Below the pieces are notes generated by a model. That model saw only the letters and a program-made list of their open reading frames with translations. It made no database searches and was not told the origin of the DNA. The position numbers and the translations under genes are program-made. Shown piece by piece: positions 1 through 7,574 of a stretch of DNA of 53,781 nt. The stretch comes from a virus (taxonomy: Duplodnaviria; Caudoviricetes), in IMG/VR virus record IMGVR_UViG_3300020464_000005, positions 1-53,781 of that record. One strand, given 5' to 3'. Positions within the stretch are counted from its first letter, which is position 1; every line of letters starts with the position of its first letter.

Positions 1-255
1 TTAAGCCCCATACGATCGCCATTAAAATGAAAGGATTTAAAATGGTTAAAATAGTATCAGATGAGTTGATCACTCAGATAAACGATCAATTAAAAACTGT
101 AGTTGAAGATGCAGTTAAAAAGTATATCGAAAATATGGATTGGTCACATGAACTAGATATATATGGTCTTGTTCAGGATGAACTATCCCAAATGGATATG
201 TTGGATTATATGGATACAACATCCCTTGAAAATAAAATTGGTGATCAAGTAGATC
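1..255. repeat. Left copy of imperfect terminal direct repeat (matches 53527-53781)
   Basis: Ungapped manual alignment: first 61 nt identical, 20 mismatches in 255 nt overall. Confidence 0.95.
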
Positions 256-293
256 ATGCAGTTTCTCAATTAACAATACAGAGAGAGGGTTAA
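42..293 (+). CDS. Acidic early protein (83 aa), hypothetical
   Basis: GAAAGGA SD before ATG 42; D/E-rich; substitutions versus the right-end copy are mostly synonymous, supporting coding. Confidence 0.8.
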   Translation: MVKIVSDELITQINDQLKTVVEDAVKKYIENMDWSHELDIYGLVQDELSQMDMLDYMDTTSLENKIGDQVDHAVSQLTIQREG

Positions 294-295
294 TT

Positions 296-541
296 ATGAA
301 CAATGATAATATGAAAAAGAAAGCATTTGATAATGTACTACAAGTGTTTCATGCAACTACAGAATTAGAAATTTTAGAAACTGATCTGACAGTTGAAGTT
401 TCTAAATTAATTCGTAAAACTTTAGAAAATTCATCATTAGATTTTATAGATGGGGATACTTTAGATATTTTAATTGATACTAATATTGATATTGAAAGTA
501 TTGTTTCAAAAGCGTTAATTTTAAATAAAGAAAGGGATTAA
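296..541 (+). CDS. Acidic early protein (81 aa), hypothetical
   Basis: GAGGG SD; tightly packed with neighbours. Confidence 0.7.
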   Translation: MNNDNMKKKAFDNVLQVFHATTELEILETDLTVEVSKLIRKTLENSSLDFIDGDTLDILIDTNIDIESIVSKALILNKERD

Positions 542-542
542 A

Positions 543-1643
543 ATGACTGATCAAATTGATATTGAAGAACTAATTGAAGAAAAAAATCAAGTAGGTGATG
601 TTATATCTTTTAAGACTAACATTCCACCAAAATGGAATGTATCATTAGATGACTGTGGATATAAACAGTTGCCCAATGGTACTGAATTTGTACATGGTGA
701 TGTACGCAATATTAGACTGTTCGAAGATGTTGGAACAGTTGAACCAGTTCCATTATTTGTAGATAAACCATTTGGCGTAGGTATGGGAACAATGCAAAAA
801 CTTGAAAAGTATCGAGGGCTTATTTCAACGCATACTGGTGATGTTTTAAACTGTCGACCTATCTCTGATACTTACAAACTTGTTAATCATTCAGAATTAT
901 TTGAAAAGCAGGGAAAGCATTTGCAGGATAACAGTGATCTACCTTTAAACAATGTTGAAGTAATTGATCGAGTTTACGAGAATGGTAGACGTGCTAGTCG
1001 CACAATTCATTTTAATGATCTTAAAATGGATGTAGGTCAAAATGATCTTGTTAAATGTCGTTTAGATGTTTTTAATTCTGTTGATATGTCTTGGGCTTTT
1101 CAAGTATTTAGTGGTGCTTATAGATCGCTATGTCGTAACACTCAGGTATTTGGTGGTGAGAAAGCTTATCAACAAAAACATTTGCATAGTAAAAATTTAA
1201 ATGTCGATGCTTTGCTTAACAATGCAAATACAAGTCTGTCAGCTTGGAATAATAATAAAGAACAGATGATAGCTTGGAAAAGGTCACCAATTTCAGATAA
1301 AGAGTTTGCAACGTTTTTAGCAAATACACTATGTCAAGTTGATCGAGGTGTTGGCAGTCGCTTGGTTGCTGATAGTGAATACAAAGTCAACAACAAGTTA
1401 TTAAACTTTTTGACGCAAGTATTTCAAAAAGAAAGTCAAGACTGTGGTCGTAATATGTGGTCGGCTTATAATGCTCTGACTTATTGGTCAACCCATACTG
1501 ATGCAGAATATGTCGATGTCGATGGTAAAAGTCAGCGTATTGGTGAAACAAAGTCAAAACACACTGTTCAAGTCCTGAGACAAAATAAAGTCAGACAATT
1601 GTTGTCATCTGATGCGTGGAATGAGTTGTCACTGGTTGCGTAA
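543..1643 (+). CDS. DUF932-family (phage/plasmid-like) protein
   Basis: Family-like motifs YKLVNH, NSVDMSWAFQV..GAYRSLCRN, WSAYNALTYWSTH. Confidence 0.75.
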   Translation: MTDQIDIEELIEEKNQVGDVISFKTNIPPKWNVSLDDCGYKQLPNGTEFVHGDVRNIRLFEDVGTVEPVPLFVDKPFGVGMGTMQKLEKYRGLISTHTGDVLNCRPISDTYKLVNHSELFEKQGKHLQDNSDLPLNNVEVIDRVYENGRRASRTIHFNDLKMDVGQNDLVKCRLDVFNSVDMSWAFQVFSGAYRSLCRNTQVFGGEKAYQQKHLHSKNLNVDALLNNANTSLSAWNNNKEQMIAWKRSPISDKEFATFLANTLCQVDRGVGSRLVADSEYKVNNKLLNFLTQVFQKESQDCGRNMWSAYNALTYWSTHTDAEYVDVDGKSQRIGETKSKHTVQVLRQNKVRQLLSSDAWNELSLVA

Positions 1644-1723
1644 TGGGTGATTTTATTTCAGCAATTTATAAGCTTGTCATAATATTTGTCCTAGTAATAA
1701 TTATATTTCAAATATTTAATTAA
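1643..1723 (+). CDS. 26-aa single-TM peptide MGDFISAIYKLVIIFVLVIIIFQIFN
   Basis: TAATG overlap with the DUF932 stop; hydrophobic stretch; below ORF-track cutoff. Confidence 0.5.
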   Translation: MGDFISAIYKLVIIFVLVIIIFQIFN

Positions 1724-1822
1724 GTTTAAAAACACAATAAAATAAAAAGGGATTGTATATTTACTTTCCCTTTTTTTTGTGTCTATACTCCTGAACAAAA
1801 TAAAAACTGAAAGGTAAATAAA

Positions 1823-2110
1823 ATGATAAAAAATAAAGAAAACACTTATGGTATTGGATATGTCAAAGTTAAAAACATAAACAACCGACCTAATCAATTT
1901 ATAATTACAACTCCAGATGCTGAATATTTTCAAAGTTATGAGAGTGTTATTGCAATGCGAACATGGAAGAAAACATATTTAGATATTAATTACTGGGATT
2001 ATTCAACAACAACTGGAAAGTATAGAAATATATTTTTAAACGAAAATAAAAAGTTGACAGAAACCAAAATAAAAAATAATACTTACTTACTGGCTAATTT
2101 AAACCAGTAA
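1823..2110 (+). CDS. Phage early hypothetical protein
   Basis: GAAAGG SD; FQSYESVIA and WDYSTTTGKYRNIFL resemble a recurrent phage early family. Confidence 0.7.
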   Translation: MIKNKENTYGIGYVKVKNINNRPNQFIITTPDAEYFQSYESVIAMRTWKKTYLDINYWDYSTTTGKYRNIFLNENKKLTETKIKNNTYLLANLNQ

Positions 2111-2143
2111 TTTAAACTTTAATAACTTTGAAAGGGTTAAAAA

Positions 2144-2389
2144 ATGCAAAAATTAATTAAAGTAAATAAAGACTATATGGATAATATGGTTGTAGCTGAA
2201 TATAAAGATTTAAATTTAATTGCTCAGCAAGTTCGAGCAGTTAAAATGCAAATTGACGCTTTAACAGAATTATTAGAGCATCAAGGCATTACTTGTTATG
2301 GTTCATCTAATAAACAAGTTAAATTAAAAGATTATCAATTAGACGACAAAGATAATTTCATTGTTAAAACTACTGAAAGGCAGTATTAA
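2144..2389 (+). CDS. Hypothetical protein
   Basis: GAAAGGG SD; 81-aa ORF. Confidence 0.7.
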   Translation: MQKLIKVNKDYMDNMVVAEYKDLNLIAQQVRAVKMQIDALTELLEHQGITCYGSSNKQVKLKDYQLDDKDNFIVKTTERQY

Positions 2390-2390
2390 G

Positions 2391-2588
2391 ATGAATGATT
2401 TTACTCAAGATATTGTTTATTGTTCTGCTTGCAATAAAGGACAATCAAGATATTTATTTGTTCAAGAAAATAATAAATATATTTGTGTTGCGTGTTGGTT
2501 GCGTGATGCAAACAATTATAGAGCAGATAAAAAGGTAGAAGATAAAGTTGATGTTTATAGAAGTAACTACTTTTCATCTAATAGCTAA
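2391..2588 (+). CDS. Small Zn-finger protein
   Basis: CSAC...CVAC pairs; ATG 2391 after GAAAGG. Confidence 0.6.
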   Translation: MNDFTQDIVYCSACNKGQSRYLFVQENNKYICVACWLRDANNYRADKKVEDKVDVYRSNYFSSNS

Positions 2589-2613
2589 ATAATTAAAAAG
2601 TTCTCCCAAACTT

Positions 2614-2644
2614 GCCCTCTAGTTTATTCTAGGGGGCTTTTTTT
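2614..2644 (+). terminator. Intrinsic terminator ending the early block
   Basis: GCCCTCTAG-TTTATT-CTAGGGGGC followed by T7. Confidence 0.85.
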
Positions 2645-2999
2645 ATGTCTAAAATAAATAATAATTATGTGATTGTATTTATTACATTGTATGTTTTAAA
2701 TGCTATTTTTGCACACACTGAAAGACACTATTAATAATAAAATGTATTGAAAATATAAATGTCAATGCAAGTTTGCACACACACACACGCAAAAAAGACT
2801 ATTATTACAAGCTTTACTTGTTGCAAATCTTTTATATTGTCTCAAAGTTTGTCTTGCTATGGTTATAATAAGTTTTTTACTCTATATGGTACAAAGGGTC
2901 ACTGGGGGTACTCTAGCATTTGCTAGCAATCTAGGGATATTTTTTATATTTTAGGGTTTTATGTATGGGAAACTTTGCAACTCTTTAAGTATACTCAAT

Positions 3000-3029
3000 A
3001 AAAAAGCCCCATATGCAACGCATTGGGGC
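3000..3029 (-). terminator. Intrinsic terminator on the minus strand
   Basis: Minus strand GCCCCAATGC-GTT-GCATATGGGGC followed by T6. Confidence 0.7.
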
Positions 3030-3067
3030 AACTTATTAGGTATACTATATATTTCCTCGGCAGGTTC
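3000..3067 (-). ncRNA. Candidate ~68-nt small RNA
   Basis: Bounded by a TTGACG-17-TACAAT promoter and an intrinsic terminator; no credible ORF. Confidence 0.5.
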
Positions 3068-3073
3068 AACTGC

Positions 3074-3102
3074 ATTGTACAGTCTGAAACGACTTTCGTC
3101 AA
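3074..3102 (-). promoter_or_regulatory. Sigma70-type promoter, leftward
   Basis: TTGACG (3102-3097), 17 nt, TACAAT (3079-3074). Confidence 0.65.
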
Positions 3103-3107
3103 CCCCC

Positions 3108-3136
3108 TTGACAAATTTTTTTTAAATTATTATTAT
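3108..3136 (+). promoter_or_regulatory. Sigma70-type promoter for the packaging/late operon
   Basis: TTGACA (3108-3113), 17 nt, TATTAT (3131-3136). Confidence 0.75.
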
Positions 3137-3234
3137 ATATATATATTATAGGTGCAAGATGTCACATTGGCTCACTTTAAGGCTTAATTTGCATCCAGTA
3201 CGTAGACCTACGCACCATAATTACCGAGTTTATA

Positions 3235-3636
3235 ATGAATTTACTACCAGAAAAAAGAAAATCTACAAAGATTTCTGAAAAAGAAGAACTATTTCTACAG
3301 AATTTGTTTGAAAATGGCGGCCATGTGGTTGCTGCAGCAGAAAATGCTGGGTACACAAAGGGTTCTGCAGGATATTTACGTAGTAAACTAGCCGATGAGA
3401 TCATAAAACGATCAAAAAACCTACTCGCTAGTGCTTCTGTGAAGGCTACCAACAGGTTAATCAGCATGATTGACAGCCCACAGATAGAAAGAGGGGATGA
3501 TGTGCGTTTAAAAGCCGCAGAGTCGTTGTTAAACAGAGTTGGGTTAGGCAGAGAAGAAACACATAACCATAATGTACAGGCATTACATGGAGTAGTGCTG
3601 TTACCAGCGAAGAAGGGAATAGAAGTAAATGGCTAA
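3235..3636 (+). CDS. terS: Terminase small subunit
   Basis: HTH-like AAENAGY, LKAAESLLNRVG; lies upstream of TerL. Confidence 0.75.
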   Translation: MNLLPEKRKSTKISEKEELFLQNLFENGGHVVAAAENAGYTKGSAGYLRSKLADEIIKRSKNLLASASVKATNRLISMIDSPQIERGDDVRLKAAESLLNRVGLGREETHNHNVQALHGVVLLPAKKGIEVNG

Positions 3637-3883
3637 TACAGCAGGACCAAAGGGGTATACACGTAAACCTTATCAACAACCACGTGGAGCAGATAATAGT
3701 TTAGATAGTTATAGAGATAGAGTGTTTCTTGGGAAATCTCCTGTTGAAAGAGCAGGACCAAAAAGATTTATTAATAAATTTGATAAAAAGCAAGAAGGTA
3801 TGTTGACTTTTGGTGAATATAGAAATGGGGATTATATAACTGGAAGAATACATATGAAAGATTTGCCAAAAAGCACAGACTAA
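3629..3883 (+). CDS. Hypothetical protein
   Basis: 84-aa ORF overlapping both the terS stop and the terL start. Confidence 0.6.
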   Translation: MANTAGPKGYTRKPYQQPRGADNSLDSYRDRVFLGKSPVERAGPKRFINKFDKKQEGMLTFGEYRNGDYITGRIHMKDLPKSTD

Positions 3884-5547
3884 TGCCCTCACGTGGCCGC
3901 CCAAAGAAAGATCCAAATGCTCCGAAACAATCTTACAATGTTTCATCATTAGAACGAGCTAAGAGAGCAACTCGTAAAAAACTTGCAGCCGAAAGAAAAC
4001 AAGCAGAGAAGGCGGCAAAGAAAGTACAGAAACACAGACAAAATGCGAAACGTATTGAAAACACTGCAAAGAACCTTACTAACGGAACTTCAAAAGTTGT
4101 GGACTTGGGTGATGAACTCAATTCGTTACAACCTGTATCTGATCTGGTCGAAGATCAGGAAGTTATATTTAGACCTAACAATGGTCCTCAAGAAGAATTT
4201 CTATCTTCCTCTGAAGAAGATGTGTTATACGGTGGGGCTGCAGGAGGGGGCAAGTCTTTCGCTTTGCTTGTTGATCCTCTTCGTTATTGCCATAACCCTA
4301 ATCATCGTGGTCTTCTCCTAAGAAGAACTCTTGATGAACTGACAGAACTGATTGACAAGTCAAGACAGTTATATGTAAAGGCTTTTCCAAAAGCAATATT
4401 CAGAGAATCAAAATCTACATGGGTGTTCCCATCAGGAGCAACGATGTGGTTTACATATCTAGATAGAGATAAAGATGTTACACGATTTCAAGGACAGGCT
4501 TTTAACTGGATTGGGATTGATGAGATAACACAATACCCTACACCATATGTGTGGGATTACCTACGTTCCAGACTGCGTACAACAGATGATGAGCTAAGAC
4601 CCTATATGTCTATGCGTTGTACTGGAAACCCCGGAGGAGTTGGGGGGTGGTGGATTAAGAAGATGTATGTTGATCCACATCCTTCAAATGAAGCTTTCCC
4701 AGCTACGGATATAGAAACTAATAGACAATTACTATATCCAGAGGGTCACGAGAAAGCAAGGCAACCGTTGTTCTACCGTAAATTTATTCCAGCACGGTTG
4801 ACTGATAATCCCTATCTGATGCAAGATGGTCGATACGAAGCCATGCTCAGATCGCTCCCAGAAGTTGAACGGAAGAGACTTCTTGAAGGGGATTGGGATG
4901 TGGCAGAGGGAGCCGCCTTCCCAGAGTTCTCAAAAGTAAAGCACGTTGTTGATCCATTTGAAATGCCAACTAACTGGCCCAGAATACGTGCAGCAGACTA
5001 TGGATACGCAAGTCCATCATGTGTCTTGTGGGGGGCAATAGATTGGGATAACAATATATGGATCTATCGAGAACTCTACGTAAAACAACACACAGCAGAA
5101 CAATTAGCTGATAGAATATCGGAACTAGAGCAACTTGATCCGAAACCACATTATACAGTTCTCGACTCATCGTGTTGGAACAAAACAGGCTTTGGTCCTT
5201 CGATTGCAGAGACTATGATGCGTTTAGGAGTGCGTTGGACACCTTCGGATAGAAACAGGTTGCAGGGTAAAATGGAAATACATAGACGACTTGCAGATAA
5301 CCCATTGACAAAGTTACCAAGAATCCGTATATTTAATACATGTAACAACACTATTCGACAACTAGCAGGGATACCGTTGTCTAAAAGTAATTCAGAAGAT
5401 GTTGACACAAAAGCAGAGGATCATGCATATGATGCCCTGCGTTATCTCGTTATGACAAGAATGAGTGGTCATGCATCAATACATAAAAGTTTACAACACA
5501 TAAAAGAACAAACATATCAACCAATGAATAGTACGTTTGGATACTAA
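3883..5547 (+). CDS. terL: Terminase large subunit with basic N-terminal extension
   Basis: Walker A GGAAGGGKS, Walker B IGIDE, motif III TGNPGG, nuclease ADYG and DHAYDALRY. Confidence 0.95.
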   Translation: MPSRGRPKKDPNAPKQSYNVSSLERAKRATRKKLAAERKQAEKAAKKVQKHRQNAKRIENTAKNLTNGTSKVVDLGDELNSLQPVSDLVEDQEVIFRPNNGPQEEFLSSSEEDVLYGGAAGGGKSFALLVDPLRYCHNPNHRGLLLRRTLDELTELIDKSRQLYVKAFPKAIFRESKSTWVFPSGATMWFTYLDRDKDVTRFQGQAFNWIGIDEITQYPTPYVWDYLRSRLRTTDDELRPYMSMRCTGNPGGVGGWWIKKMYVDPHPSNEAFPATDIETNRQLLYPEGHEKARQPLFYRKFIPARLTDNPYLMQDGRYEAMLRSLPEVERKRLLEGDWDVAEGAAFPEFSKVKHVVDPFEMPTNWPRIRAADYGYASPSCVLWGAIDWDNNIWIYRELYVKQHTAEQLADRISELEQLDPKPHYTVLDSSCWNKTGFGPSIAETMMRLGVRWTPSDRNRLQGKMEIHRRLADNPLTKLPRIRIFNTCNNTIRQLAGIPLSKSNSEDVDTKAEDHAYDALRYLVMTRMSGHASIHKSLQHIKEQTYQPMNSTFGY

Positions 5548-7337
5548 TGGCAGTTTTTAACGAAAATTTTGAAAAGAAAATATCAGAATCTGGTGAATTA
5601 CGAAAAGATTTTCTAAACAATACATCTTTGGGTGAATTGATTGATAGCACGACACGAAAAGATGCACCTAAAGTAAAAAATATTTTAACGGAATTGGGAA
5701 TTTCTGATTTAACTTTAGGTCAGATAAACACCGATAAAAAAATAACACAAGAATTTGTAAATGTTTTAAAAGGTCGCACATTAGATGATGGAAGTGATGC
5801 GTTTGTAAAACCACTTATTCAATCTTTTGGTGAAATATTTAAAGAAGCAGGGTATATACCACCCAAAGGAACAAATCCTGTTCGTAATCTAATAAAAGAA
5901 GTTTTGGGTGAAAGCCAAGCAAAAGAATTATTTGATGTATCTATTACAAGAAAAAATCCTTTAGCTTATAAAACTCTTGAACCATACAAAGCTCTTAAAA
6001 AAGTTGCAACTAACTTAGTAAAGTCTGATCCTAACGCTGGGTATCATCTATTAACAATGATACAAGGTGGATATAGACCATCAGATTTTAAATCATTGCG
6101 AATAGAAAATATAGATTTTGAAACTGGGGAAGTAGTAGGTTTAGAAATAAAAGATGAATTAGCTAGAGCTAAAAAAGAAAATAGACTCCCAAAACTTAAA
6201 GCTGGGTATTTTCCACAAGATGTTTTAGATATTTTAAAACAAGCTATTGGTGGTAGAACCGAAGGTTTGGTTTTTGAAAATATTTCTGCAAATTCAAAAA
6301 TTATTAATAAGGCTCTTAAAAGAGAAAATATTCAAGTTAAGTATTCTGTTGAGGGGGTTAAAAAAGAAGGCACATTAACAATAGAAGATGTTCGCAAAAT
6401 GCACGAGTCAAATCTTGATGCACAAGGTGTAGAACGAGGTAGTGTTATGAGAAATGCCTTAACATTAAGAGGGGATAAAACTGTAGTTGGTGGGTATGTT
6501 GCTACAGCAGGAAACATAATAAAAATGGAAAAAGCCCATCTAAAAGCTTTTTCTGTTCAAGCAATAGCAAATGGTAATTCTACTATTGCACAGTATTTAG
6601 CAGATGTCGGTATACCAGAAGAAGCTATTAGCTCACGAACCAAAAAATATAAAGTTACAAAAAAAGTTTTTGAAAATATACCACCATATCTTCAAGAAAG
6701 AATTATAAATGAGAATCCAGATTTACAAGGAGTAGAACTTGCTGATAAATCTGTTTCTACCACTGAGTTTACAGTAGATTCTACTCAAGCTGAAAAATAC
6801 CAAGACCTGTCGTCAAAAAAATTAGAGACACAGATAATGGATGAAACCATTACACAAGCAGGTAGACAAGATGAATTTCTTGCAGCTCAAAAAAAATTAC
6901 AAGAGGGTAAAGAATTACAGAAAGCCGAAAAAGCAAAACAAATTTTGGAAACTGCTAAAACAGGAACTAAAGAAGCTCTTAAAACAGCATCAAATTTTTT
7001 TAAGGGCAAATATGGATCACGAACTTTAAAAAGTCTTACTGTTCCTGTAGCAGGTGCTGTTGGAGTAGAAGCGTTAAGACAGATGGGTCCTATCGGAGCA
7101 TATTTTTCTGGGGCTGAAGCTAGTGAGTATATTCAGGAAAAAACAGGAATGCCTTCAGAAATAGCTACACCGTTAGGCTATGCTTCTGAAGCATTTAGTC
7201 CAGTAGCACCTACAGATATAAAAATGGCAGAACAAGTAGGTAAAGCTGCTTCTTTACCAGTTGCACAAGCAGCATCACAATATAAAGAATCTTTTTTAGA
7301 TCGAATACGAAACCAATTATCACAATTACAAAACTAA
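5547..7337 (+). CDS. Tyrosine recombinase/integrase-fold protein with Ala-rich C-terminal extension
   Basis: GYRPSDFKSLRIENIDF (box I R177), K202, TIEDVRK (R283), GGY317 in canonical order. Confidence 0.65.
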   Translation: MAVFNENFEKKISESGELRKDFLNNTSLGELIDSTTRKDAPKVKNILTELGISDLTLGQINTDKKITQEFVNVLKGRTLDDGSDAFVKPLIQSFGEIFKEAGYIPPKGTNPVRNLIKEVLGESQAKELFDVSITRKNPLAYKTLEPYKALKKVATNLVKSDPNAGYHLLTMIQGGYRPSDFKSLRIENIDFETGEVVGLEIKDELARAKKENRLPKLKAGYFPQDVLDILKQAIGGRTEGLVFENISANSKIINKALKRENIQVKYSVEGVKKEGTLTIEDVRKMHESNLDAQGVERGSVMRNALTLRGDKTVVGGYVATAGNIIKMEKAHLKAFSVQAIANGNSTIAQYLADVGIPEEAISSRTKKYKVTKKVFENIPPYLQERIINENPDLQGVELADKSVSTTEFTVDSTQAEKYQDLSSKKLETQIMDETITQAGRQDEFLAAQKKLQEGKELQKAEKAKQILETAKTGTKEALKTASNFFKGKYGSRTLKSLTVPVAGAVGVEALRQMGPIGAYFSGAEASEYIQEKTGMPSEIATPLGYASEAFSPVAPTDIKMAEQVGKAASLPVAQAASQYKESFLDRIRNQLSQLQN

Positions 7338-7349
7338 AGGGAGGGCAAT

Positions 7350-7568
7350 ATGCCACAAGGTAACTACAACTATGATGCAGGGTACATTATGAACTCAGAT
7401 AAAACATCTGTCGATGACCCAATGGGATCAAACCAGTTGACTCGTGAAGGATTGCAATTTGATACAAGAGCATCTCAAGATGTTCTTACTCAAGATGCAC
7501 CAAAGCAACAGTCAAAGCCGACAGTTGAAGCTTCATTGTTTGCAATGGCAGAACAGAGAGACTACTAA
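7350..7568 (+). CDS. Hypothetical protein upstream of portal
   Basis: GGGAGG SD; 72 aa. Confidence 0.7.
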   Translation: MPQGNYNYDAGYIMNSDKTSVDDPMGSNQLTREGLQFDTRASQDVLTQDAPKQQSKPTVEASLFAMAEQRDY

Positions 7569-7574
7569 TACACA

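Noticed and set aside
2776-2788. CA dinucleotide run as a functional microsatellite
   Set aside because: Too short alone; considered only as part of the iterated motif in the non-coding region.
6057-6071. MIQGG in the recombinase-like protein and MLMGG in the portal as GG processing sites
   Set aside because: Both lie within conserved folded motifs, so they are probably coincidental.
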